A DNA stretch of 64,000 nucleotides. Source: Microthyrium microscopicum. Its lineage: Eukaryota. Positions 13,103-24,012 of this stretch are shown piece after piece. Each line of letters opens with the position of its first letter. The first letter of the stretch is position 1. The notes beneath the pieces are model-generated. The model did not search any database and was not told the DNA's origin. It saw nothing but the letters and a program-made list of their open reading frames with translations. The position numbers were made by a program, and so were the translations under genes. The DNA is taken from positions 1,557,784 through 1,621,783 of the forward strand of contig MU004231.1 in the NCBI GenBank assembly GCA_010405405.1. Direction: 5' to 3'.

Positions 13103-14517
13103 GAACCTTGTGAGAACTACAAGGGCAGCAGAGTCAGTCTGCTATGACCCAAAGTAGAGGTTGACAGGCAACAAGGACGGATGAGCGTTTATGGATGAAA
13201 ATGTTGACAAAGGAGAGAGAGCTGGTGAAGACAACGACGATTGGAGATAGGATTGGGTTTTTCATCAATTGCGGCAGGCGCGTTGGACTGTGGACATGAC
13301 ATGACATCGATCGCAGTTGCTTTGCTTGGCTTGGCTGTTTGGCTCCACAGAGTCCAGACTCGCCTCATACGGTAAGCGCAACCATCCCACTCGATCCCGC
13401 TTGACCCGTTATGCTCTAGCTTGGCAGCCCCTTGCCATCATTGATTAGCATTCAGCCAATAGACTTCTCTCCGCGACATTTCATCTCTCCCCTTCCTAAT
13501 CCGGAAATCAGCCAACCTCATCACCATTGGTGTTCAACTTCCTACCCATTCAAGATCCAACAAGGTCACTTAGGGTCCAGCTGCCTTCAAACTGAACGAC
13601 ATGCGCTGCGCCTTATTAATACGCGTACAGCGCTTTTTACTACAAATAAAGACGGCTCATAACCCTTAGTATTGTTCTCAGGTGCCCATATTCTCCACTG
13701 GCCTCGGTTTTTGGCGTTCGTTGCTAATACCTTTCGCCTCTATGTTATTGATTTATAAAGAGCATCTGTTGGAATAAAAACTTGTCACAAAAGACGATTG
13801 TCTTATAGGGAGGACAAACTCTTTTACAGATTTAAGAGAATCCAATCTGGCTTCCCGAGCAATCAAATTCAATCAAACATAAGGTAGCTTATGATTGATT
13901 AGAGTTTGACCTGTCATAATATCGAAACACAAATTACATTTTGGTTGCATCGTCCTAATCTATTTCGCGAGACAAGGAAACCAGCAGTTGAACGAAAGAA
14001 TTCTTACAATATTGATTACCTTGCTCGCCGCTTTTCTCACCGAATTCTTCTGACCGATTCTCCCCATTCCGCGTGTTATGTTATCCAGTGATCCTGCTCA
14101 CATTATAGTCTATCATTTGCTGGCATCATCATCCTGAAGGCCATGTAAAAGTCAAACCTTCCCTTGTAGGCTTATACAGTTCGTTGGCATACATTGGAAG
14201 TAGACAAAGCTAGCCAAAGCTCTGCCTCGACCAAGCTATTATCGTTCGAACTCTGGAGGCCCCAGCATTCGACAAGCAGGATCGTCCGATGCCACAATCG
14301 TGTTCTGGGGTGAGTAGGCCGGCGGCGGCGTTTCAGTCTCGTCGATGGACATGTGCTCAGAATCTGACTGGCCGTGGAGAACTTTGTATAGACTCTCCCT
14401 TCCGAAACAATACCATCTGGACGCTTTGATGTTGCTGACTTCCTCTCCTTGTTTGGTTCCTAGTTCGATATCCTCGGTCTGCGAGGAGGACGAGTGTTCC
14501 GTTCGCTGCTCGCGAAC

Positions 14518-15180
14518 TTAGTACATGATTTTCTCCCAACAAGACTGATGGATGATACGTACATTTTCGTTAACTTTGCGGATGCCCCTCATAATCAGCA
14601 GAAAGAAGGGAGATATGATCAAGCAAATCAGTAAAGCAACCACTGCAAGAACGCATCCAAGGACGAAGAGCGCGATGCCAGCGACGATTGCGGCCAACCC
14701 CGCTCCCAGTATGATTGCCAAGGGAGTGAGAAATATCCCACCCACTACATCCTCGAGATAGATGAGTATCATCATTAGAGTATTTTCATTAGGACTTGGG
14801 TGTAGATAGCCATCCGGCTTGAAGTACAACACATTGACTGTAATGAAAGCTGTTGTGACCCAGAGGCTAATGAGGCCTGCAAGAATAATTCTTTGGGTTT
14901 GAGTCAGTTCTCTGTCTTCTGCAGGCAAAATGCTTTGCTGTGCGTTATCCGGGTTATCCTCTTCCTGGTTCTCGTCGTGCTGGCTATCGCTGTCTTCGCT
15001 TTCACTGTCCTGACTGTCACTGTCTTCGCTTTCACTGTCCTGGCTTTCATTGTCGTAGTGTACGTTCTGCCGGCTTGAGCTGACTTTGCTACCAGTTGAT
15101 GGCATATTAGCTTTTCTGGGTACAGCTAAAGCCACGGCACTTCGACCTATCTGGCCTTCGCTATTTTCTACTCGCGGCAT
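14518..15180 (-). CDS. Tandem membrane-protein family, member 1 (acidic N-terminal linker)
   Basis: First ATG at 15180 (MPRVENSEG). 'SLWVTTAFITVNVLYFKPDGYLH' followed by a long hydrophobic segment. Internal 30-bp duplication encodes (SQDSESEDSD)2. Confidence 0.7.
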   Translation of the reverse strand: MPRVENSEGQIGRSAVALAVPRKANMPSTGSKVSSSRQNVHYDNESQDSESEDSDSQDSESEDSDSQHDENQEEDNPDNAQQSILPAEDRELTQTQRIILAGLISLWVTTAFITVNVLYFKPDGYLHPSPNENTLMMILIYLEDVVGGIFLTPLAIILGAGLAAIVAGIALFVLGCVLAVVALLICLIISPFFLLIMRGIRKVNENVRIIHQSCWEKIMY

Positions 15181-15902
15181 AGTAGATGACGAAAAGTTGG
15201 AAGCAAGTAGACTCAAGTTGTCGATGCTGAAGATGGATGGAAACTGGAAAGTGGGAAGTCTGACTGGTTAAGTAGGTTGAGACGAAAGTGGCTACTTGTC
15301 AGCTCTCATGTTTGCCATGTGGGCTTTTGGATTCAAGCTCTATCAAACTCGGAAGGAGAACGTCAGGGACCCAAGTTCTGTGTCGGACGGATTTCATCTA
15401 CCCGCCAAGAGCTTTGCCAATCTCTGCAACTTTGGATGGTAGAATTTGTCTCGTCTTATAGAATGCATAAGTATTATCTGTCTTTCCGGTAAACGCCATG
15501 GAGAAAATATCATGTGTTGCGGTGTATCAACGACCGCGATGGCGACCATACTACGTTTACACGAACGTGCTATGGACGATGCACTCAACATCGATAATTT
15601 TGAAGTTCATAAACAAGATATGATTTGCAAAGTATTACAATATTGATCTGTTCATAAGATTTCCAAGCTTCTGCCATGGCATTCGATGATTATGCTCCCT
15701 TCCCAGTCTTCAACGCGTCTATCACTCTCTAGTCGTAACTATCGTGACGATCTTCTCCAAGCAGCGGTTGGTCAATGTTGTTTACAAATGCTAGCGAAGA
15801 ATCAAATTCTGTGTATTCTTCGTCAATACCATGTTCAGGGTCACACTTTATCAGTAGAAATTCCAAGATTCTGTAAGATAGAATCCATATCTAGAGCTCT
15901 GC

Positions 15903-16172
15903 TTACACTGCAAAATTTCCACTTACATGTCTAAGATTAGATATTCTGCGCGACTGGCAACGATTGCACAGCAAACTAGGTAAGCAGAACTCTTGAATAA
16001 ACAACAGAAGTAAGGGGCTGGCGACAATGTGTAACCAAATTTGAAATCTGATGCCGTCGAAGAAAATGCTGAAGACGATCGTATTTGGCCTCGCTAACCA
16101 TGGAGCTATGCTGTCTATCCAGAGCAGCGGGATAGAGAGCGCTATGCTAAAAGGTGCGAGGACATTAAACAT
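15903..16172 (-). CDS. Possible small hydrophobic protein
   Basis: 89-aa ATG ORF with hydrophobic stretches inside the paralogue cluster, but without the family motif. Confidence 0.25.
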   Translation of the reverse strand: MFNVLAPFSIALSIPLLWIDSIAPWLARPNTIVFSIFFDGIRFQIWLHIVASPLLLLFIQEFCLPSLLCNRCQSRRISNLRHVSGNFAV

Positions 16173-17057
16173 CCTCTGGAAAATTTCTCGTTCTTCGGAA
16201 AGTTGATATGGACAGTTGGACTCTTAAGCTTTCTTTACAAAAGGTTGTCCATTCTCTCTGTAAGCTTTCAAATTTCGTCAAATTTCCTTGCCATTTCCAT
16301 GTAGGCTAAAAGAAGGTCGTCCCGATTTTGGAATGGGGAGCCTGTGATGGTGGTAGCCGTAATGCTGTAGGGTGATATGTGGGCTTCGTTGACGTGACCT
16401 TATGTCGGATTATTGAACCTGGGAGGAAGGAAAAGATGCGTTGAGGCCGAATTTTTGTCTGGGAGTGATCAGATGTAAGAAGTGCACAACTCCAAAAAAG
16501 CCGTGTTACGGACTTTTTCTTATATATAGACACTACTGGCTGCAGGCAACAGTATATTGATCTTGGTGTTCTAAATGGGTTTGATACTAGCTACCGGTAA
16601 ACCACTTTTCTCATTGATTGTATCATATACGTCACATTCTGCCAAAGTCGATAGGGAATAGGTATGACCAAAGTATTGGTGTTATTGAAGATATCTATGT
16701 AAGAGTGGTCATCTACGAGCATGGATTGTGTTCTAAAAACCGAGAATAGCACAAAAGCTTGAAGACTGAACATTGCTCTCAATCACGATCCGTCCACTCT
16801 TATCAAAGGACTCGCGAAACCAGGCTATCCTCCTTTCAACCGTTGTACGGTGTGCTGGTGTTGACAAACCCAATTCGATCCGGCTTCAATCAAGCTTTCT
16901 TGACATGATTGCACCAGTGGCGTTGAGATCCTGTCGCCAATGTTAATCGAATCGAAATCGAGTTGTCCATCATCGGTGGTAATCCCAAGTTCGACATCTG
17001 TCAACGATAATGGTTCCTGCGTTCTACATGTCAATATCAAAAAGCTCACACAGTTAC

Positions 17058-17514
17058 TCATAGCTCAGTACTTATATCTTTGTGAGTGGCTTTAGACCCT
17101 TTTCGGCAATACTTGACAGGCAGCCAAAGGACAGTGAATACAGCCCATATAGCGGCCGCAACAGCAGCGACAAATAAGCCAACGATGCAGAGCAACGAAG
17201 CAATGCCAACCGCAGCGAACATTGGCCCAAAAACAATTACGGAGAGCGCAGCCAGCGTATGAGAGAAGATTGGTGACGGACATCAAATTGCCCTCGGGGT
17301 GAAAATAACCGTCAGACTTGAACCACATGAAACCGACAGTGATGATGGCCACAGCTGACCAAAGACCTAGTATTATTGTAACCATCCTACACACTGGATT
17401 TTTCTCGAAGAAGTCATGTTGTTCTGGCATTGAATCTGCCTGTGGTTATTGTTCAGCCTCTGCGAAGACTGGAACAAGGGTGGATGGTGACCGTGGTGTT
17501 GTTGAAGTTTTCAT
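17058..17514 (-). pseudogene. Tandem membrane-protein family, member 2, disrupted
   Basis: MKTSTTPRSP..AEAEQ*PQADSMPEQ has an in-frame TAA at 17446-17448. Motif 'GLWSAVAIITVGFMWFKSDGYFH'. After ~17250 homology continues in another frame (SVIVFGPMFAAVG..AIWAVFTVLWLPVKYCRK..EL*), matching member 3 'LFFGPF..VWSIIYLFYLPVKFYQK'. Confidence 0.75.
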
Positions 17515-18395
17515 GACTGTATTTCTGGGCGAGAAAAATTCTGTGTGAGAATACGAATCCTGTCTGTGTTGTAACGTTACTATATATGCGCCAAGCCTGT
17601 GAGCCCATGAACAGTTTTTCAGATTCACGGGTCCTGCTTGTTGGCCTGCTTGGAGGTCAAAGAATGGATGGAGTGAGGTAATTGAACCACGAGACGCCCA
17701 AGAGAGAACTTCGATTTTGGTACCACTTTCTTGGCTTCGTAATCTGCATTACACTTGACGACCTAATCTAAGACAAAGAGGTGGACTAAGCAAGGAAAAC
17801 TCCAGTGCGTGCTTATTCTCTAAACATGGCTGGCTGTAGAGAAATCTATACCTGTTGTACTTCTTTGAAGTTCTGCCAGATATGATTTTAGTGCGGGCTT
17901 TTCCTCCGGGCCGTTTCATGCTGGGTTAAGACGAAAGAAGCACATGGTTATACGGGATTAAAGAGTGAGATATGTAGTACTGTTCACTACCTAATCATTA
18001 ACAAGCAGGCTACTACACTACGCTCTTTTATCGAGTGCTATATTTGCCATAGAGGGTGTTCAGATTCGAGGAATATATCGAACACACTGGAAATCAAAGC
18101 ACCTGTTGCTTGAGAGCGTTGGTGGCAGCCATCAGAGTTGATGGGAGAACGCCATTTATTTTGCCATGCCGTTGACATTCTAGAACAGCTTTTGACATGA
18201 AGTCAACGAGCACCAGCGATGGCCCAAATTACCCATCCTCCACCCTTTGGATCTCTGAGTTTGATGCCTCTCGTTGTTAGTCGTGCTTCCCACGAGAGTG
18301 ATTTGCAAGTGCTTGGGGGTCCAGATCGTTTACACCGATCAGTTCAAAATCTGATTTGCTATCATCGACTTGACTGGGACGATCCTGATGATTGC

Positions 18396-18818
18396 CTAGT
18401 TAGTATGAAATGGCACGCTTTTGGGTTTAGAACTCACGTTCTCGGGAACTGTCCGCATAGTCTTCTGGTAGAACTTGACTGGCAAGTAAAATAGGTAGAT
18501 AATAGACCAAACTGAGACCACGACGGCTCCAAGGATCAGGCCGACAATCAATATAGGAACTGCAAGCCCAGCCACAATCACGAACGGTCCAAAGAACAAG
18601 GCGAGAATAAGAAAATTCCCACAGGCAAACAGCTGCCATAGAAATCCTTCATCTTTGAAATCATGTAAGAAACTGTGGGGGTCATTCCATTTGCACCAGA
18701 ATGCAACAAAGACCACTGTCATCCAGAATCCAAATGCCATGCAGCCCAGGCGTTCCTCGTCGCTGAATCTCGGCAGGTCGAAGAATGATTTGGTATCCGG
18801 CTTCTGTTGTGGCTCCAT
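18396..18818 (-). CDS. Tandem membrane-protein family, member 3
   Basis: 140 aa. 'GFWMTVVFVAFWCKWNDPHSFLH' followed by a long hydrophobic segment. Confidence 0.7.
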   Translation of the reverse strand: MEPQQKPDTKSFFDLPRFSDEERLGCMAFGFWMTVVFVAFWCKWNDPHSFLHDFKDEGFLWQLFACGNFLILALFFGPFVIVAGLAVPILIVGLILGAVVVSVWSIIYLFYLPVKFYQKTMRTVPENVSSKPKSVPFHTN

Positions 18819-19668
18819 GATTGCTGGAAAAATGTGAGGCTTCCTGAAATTCTGATTTCGAATCGAAGTCTGAGGCGATGGTTCTGTATATATGTTGGTC
18901 GACTAATCGATGCAAAGATGTTGAACGGTTGTGGGAGAAAGACTAAAACAAGAACAAAATGCAGACTTTATTTAACTTGGGAAGAGTACTGTCTGGGAAT
19001 TCGGGGAAACATTAACGCATGTTTGGTAGACACTTTCCTCCCAAACATGGTGTGGAACAAAGGTGTCAACCGTGGATGGTCAGAAACCAGTGTGGGAAAC
19101 TCTCGTGAAGTGCAGTATAATGCTAGTTGGACCAATAACAAGAATTTCGACAGCGCAAGCTGGTTGCGCTAATCATGAACAGCTGCATTTGTGACAAACG
19201 TACCGCAATTGCTGTACCAAGAGTCCTAGAAATGCTTGGAAGTATACCAAGACTAAAATTTTGATAAGCTGGACTTCACGCTGGATGGTCATTAAAATAG
19301 TATAAGGTAGACCACCCTAACGCTTATACAATAGCAACTGCGGTAGTAAAGTGCGATTCAACTTCATCTGATATATACTCCGCGTTTGAACTTCATAGCA
19401 CCGTTGTGGACCTTGCCTCATGCTACCCATATACAGCATATTTCACCAGCTCCATGGCTCACCGAGCCTTGCAACGTTCTTCGCCATTTGAGCCATTACA
19501 CTGAACCGCATTGTTGGGACTTTGAGTGATCCGTGGACTCTGTACATCCCGTGTTCTTTGAGGCTTTAGTGAAAGTACTACTGGTGATCGATCTTAGCTC
19601 AATATCGGCATTTTTGTTGTTTTGCTAGAATGAAATTAGTCTTATATGCTTCCTTGAATGCTCTTGCA

Positions 19669-19989
19669 CTATACCTTTGTTGAAACATCAGATATGAGAC
19701 CCTTGACGAGATGTACAACGCCATTTACAAGGTAGTATATTGACCACCCAGCGAGACCTAGTAGAGCCACACCACCAACGAAAGCCGCAGGAACAGCGAG
19801 AAGTCCGATGAAGAAAGTCGCGAATGCCCAATAACCAACTCTGTCACCATCGTATTGACCAAAGGGGCTGTGATTGTGCCAGAGACCGTTGGGAGAGAAG
19901 GTAAATACGCTGGTGGTGATTATCATCACTATGAAATAGAGCCCAAATAGGGCCACAATAAGCTTTCCTACGGACATTTTGTTGGACAT
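19669..19989 (-). CDS. Tandem membrane-protein family, member 4
   Basis: 106 aa. 'GLYFIVMIITTSVFTFSPNGLWH' and 'LAVPAAFVGGVALLGLAGWSIYYL'. Confidence 0.72.
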   Translation of the reverse strand: MSNKMSVGKLIVALFGLYFIVMIITTSVFTFSPNGLWHNHSPFGQYDGDRVGYWAFATFFIGLLAVPAAFVGGVALLGLAGWSIYYLVNGVVHLVKGLISDVSTKV

Positions 19990-20792
19990 TTCTAGACAGG
20001 CTGGTGGCTCCGGCTATTCTATGAAAGCGAGGATTCGGTTTCGATTCCAGTTCTTCCAAGCTGGATGTTGAGTGCTTTTGGTTGTTGTTCGAGAGGAGGA
20101 TGGTCTACCCAAGAAAGGCAAAGCGAAGAGATATATTTATATTCCAATGGGTTCCGTTGTATAGCTGACTTGGCATGCTTGGCTAGCCCATTCATGGTTG
20201 AGTAGTACCGCACTATGATAAGATACGAATGTGCCAATCTTCTGAAGACAAACAAAGAGGTCATCCTGATGACTTATAATGGTGGTCAGCCTGATCTACG
20301 GGCCGAATGGGATATATACCGACAAGATTCGGGCTTGGATCCTGGCGTAATGGTGTTCCATATTTGTCCTCCAAATTTCTTTTGCGACGAACTAGTTCAC
20401 CTATCCATGTTGAAAAGGAGTGTAAGAAAGAGAAATCTATCATGATCGCATAGTCCAGTGACATGACCTGCATCTTTTGCTTCTCCGCGCATGAAAAGCG
20501 GTACATTATGAGTGTCCTTTATGTCCAACAATCTTTACAATATAGCTCCAAGCCACTAATAAGCCGATCGGAACTATCACTTTCGTGATGTGAACTGACC
20601 TCATGTCGTAAACTCTCTTCCTTATTTCATCATGGTGTCTTCCTTGCGCTCGTCGTCTTTACTCGCGAGGGTTTCGGAGTCCGAGTCGTCGTCTTTAGCT
20701 AGTTGCCCAAGCTCAACATCTGTGTTTGCATCGTCGCCAGTCTATAGAAATGTGTTAGCTAAAACAAAGTTGTCTTGAGATAACCTTCAGGT

Positions 20793-21146
20793 CTACAAAT
20801 AGATAGATCTTACTGTCTTGGTAGGAAATAATTGTCGGATCCCAGAAGCACAATTTTGATATAACTTTGACGCGGCAAAGCCGAGCGCCCAGATGCATAT
20901 CCAACACAAGTAAAGCCCAGCAGCTATCAAAAGACATGCAACAGGAATAGCAAAGCTCAAGACGACAATGCTGCCTACTAGATCCAGAAATCGGTCCCAA
21001 GAATTATCCAGAGGACCAGTGAAAAAGGCTTCATCGTGCCAGAGGCCATGCGGAGCAAAATGCAAAACACCGGATGCAATTATGATTGCCGAAAGATAGA
21101 GACCACAAGCGCACTGCTGCCAGTCATCAGAGGAGCTATTGGGCAT
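20793..21146 (-). CDS. Tandem membrane-protein family, member 5
   Basis: Likely ATG at 21146 (MPNSSSDD). 'GLYLSAIIIASGVLHFAPHGLWH' and 'FAIPVACLLIAAGLYLCWICIWAL'. Confidence 0.7.
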   Translation of the reverse strand: MPNSSSDDWQQCACGLYLSAIIIASGVLHFAPHGLWHDEAFFTGPLDNSWDRFLDLVGSIVVLSFAIPVACLLIAAGLYLCWICIWALGFAASKLYQNCASGIRQLFPTKTVRSIYL

Positions 21147-21767
21147 GATTATTTGGTAGCGATATGAGTAAGTATCTGAAGAAGAAGAAAAAACCGGTGA
21201 AAGGAGGTTACTGGTATAAGCTGGGTGATGATGCTTTGTGAGAAGACAAGATATGCAAACAGTGAGAGTTAGAAGTCCTCCACCTGGGCCTCGAGGTAGG
21301 ATGTGAACGCCGTATAGCCCTGCTCTTGCCTTGAGATCGTTGGCTTCCATGGTGGATTTTGACGGTTGGCGCCTTCCACTGTGGAGACTATTGTGGTAAG
21401 AACCACACATGGAGCTGCGGTGCCATAGATCATGCTTGTAAACGTGCACGCCATAAAGTCCTTGCTCAGAACTGAGGTTTGCAGGTTTTCAAAGCACATG
21501 ATAGATCCACATGCACCATCAGCCTGATTTTCAGCCTGATGGAAAATAAGGTATGATCCAAGCTTCAATATCCAAACCCCTGTTCCTTGCACCCCCTGGT
21601 CCGTGTACAAACCTTCATTTTCGAGGCTCCAGACTTCAATTGACACCGAGTCGCTGCCCTTCCGCTCAACAAGCACTTTGAAGTACTAGCCAAACATCAA
21701 ATTGATAGATATAATACTCAGTAGCTAACATTTCCCTCTTCATCATCAATAATCTGATATCTACGCC

Positions 21768-22943
21768 ATGGCCGTCGCTGGCATCACCCCGTCTCATGCA
21801 GCGGAGACGAACGACACGTTCACTGAAGTTACCTTTGACGAGCTCATTGATTTGGAAGCTGAACATCATGCTGTGGATACCGAAATAATTCGGCAGCACT
21901 GGAAACTTTCCATGCCTTTGTTTGCGCGCCGCAAAGCCTTCATCCCAAAGATCCCCATGTTCTGGTAAGCATCGCTCTATCAACCCAAAGATGAGCCAAG
22001 GATCAATCCATGCTAACCCACTTCAGGGCACTGGTCTTCGATGAAGCTCCCCCCGAGATCGAGAACAATATCCAGCCCACTGACTCTCAGTTTTTCGCCG
22101 ACTACCTCCTCGACTTTGAAGTCGACCGTTTCGAGCTAGACACCGAGCCTCGAAGTTTCAAAATCTCCTTTGAATTCAAGGAGAATCCGCACTTCGAAGA
22201 TCGCATTATCGAGAAAACATTTTGGTGGCGCCATGCACAGGAAGGTTGGACAGGACACGTATCAGAGCCCGTGACAATTACCTGGAAGACCGGAAAGGAC
22301 CTCACTCGTGGACTGACCGACGCTACTGTCGCGTTGTGGACACGATGGAAGGAAATGGATGGTGAAGCACAGCGCCTTGGCTTCTCTATCATGGAAGAGG
22401 AAAAGACATACACTGAATTGAAAAAAAAGCTCGAGGATAGCGACTTTAGTATGCACAGCTTCTTCACATTATTTACCTTTGTCTCAACTCATCGCTGGGT
22501 TTCGGCCGAAGAGAATGAGGAAACCCTCAATCGCGATAAGATGGACCGAGAAGCCAGACAAAGCGGAAAGGAAGTACCAGATCGAAAGGAAGAGGCCGAT
22601 GCTGCCATTGACGACACTCACGTTCTGGCATGTCCCCAAGGAGACGACATAGCGACTGTGCTTGTTGAAGAGCTCTATGCTAATGCCATCAAATACTTCA
22701 GTAAGACCAGCATCGATCTTGTCGCAGAATGAATACCTAACATCGATTGTAGCTGCAGCCCACGAACACGACTCTGCCACTCAGTCTGAGCGCGATTTCG
22801 AAGAAGAGCTTGGTGATGAATTTGATTCTGATGACGAGTCTGGAAATGACGATGAGGCATCATCTCCTGCGCCCAGGAAACGGGCATTGTCTGACGGCGA
22901 TGAACTTAGTGAACCAACTCCAAAATCGTCACGGAAGAAGTGA
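21768..22943 (+). CDS. NAP/SET-family histone chaperone (Vps75-like), 2 introns
   Basis: 'PLFARRKAFIPKIPMFW|ALVF', 'EPRSFKISFEFKENPHFEDRIIEKTFWW', 'SEPVTITWK', 'SFFTLF', 'ELYANAIKYF', acidic tail with a basic NLS-like end. Confidence 0.85.
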
Positions 22944-24012
22944 TCAATTATGAGTACCAACTTATCATTCAGCTTCCCTCGAGTCAACTTCCTGAACAGC
23001 TGACCGCTACATACCACATTGCTTGGCCTCGGCTACTCAGTCCAGCTCAGACTAAACCTGCGCTGTCTGCATTGTTACATATCTCCCCATCCCTCCGAAA
23101 GAGCTGGGAGTACTACGAGTTACCTATATTACAGGCAAGACTTACACGCCTAGTACCCTTTACTGGCCCAGGTGGGTGGACACTTGCGTTATTCGGGTCA
23201 AGTCAGCACTCTTTCTTCTGCACACGATGACTGTGTTCGTCATCTAGAACCGGGGATTGAGGCTTGAAACTCCAGCGCTTCGCAGGAAATTCAAAGGAGA
23301 CTCGGCCAATCTGCACATGAAATGCCAATATGGTGAAAGCACGCAGTTGGTAGATACCCCGATTGCACAATTTCTAGCCCGTCCTGAGTTTCACGGCGAA
23401 AGCAAATCCAGTAACGTCTGACCTGATTTTCATTTCGAAAGGAACTTGCCAGAAGTTCTAGTTGTCCTGGAACTCCTCAAGTCCTGCCAAAATGTGATAA
23501 CACCGGATTTCCATATGAAGACATTTTTGCCGCCTCAAGTAGACAATTTGAATAGCGAATCCATGCAAATCAGGATTTGCTCAGCTACTACAAATCTATC
23601 ATCAGTCAATCGCGCGGGCTAAGGTGACACGGCTTGACAGCTGATAAGAGACATCGCACTCATCACTCTCAAGCAGCATAGATGGATACTACTCTAAGCT
23701 TTAGTTTAAATCATTTTTACCGCTAACATGCCCGCCTCGAACGGGGCTGTCTACCTCCCTATTCACGCTCCAAAATTCTGACCGATATCAATCGATCATG
23801 TGCCGCCTAGCCATAAGAATCGTAAAAGTAGGGGTTTATACACGATGTACTACCGACGAGGGGATACTCTGTGACCATAGGCAGAGAGCGAAGCACATGA
23901 GCATAGAGGTGTCAATTATATTATTATCCTAGATTCATCCAACCGCTATGAAAGCAAATGCCTCTCCCACCAAAACGCCAATGCTGGGTATCTTAATCAT
24001 CAATCAATCATA

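Noticed and set aside
23230..23900. RNase P/MRP RNA or a hidden gene in this intergenic gap
   Set aside because: GGAAATTC at ~23285 lacks the following P4 bases and a matching partner, and no sustained reading frame was found.
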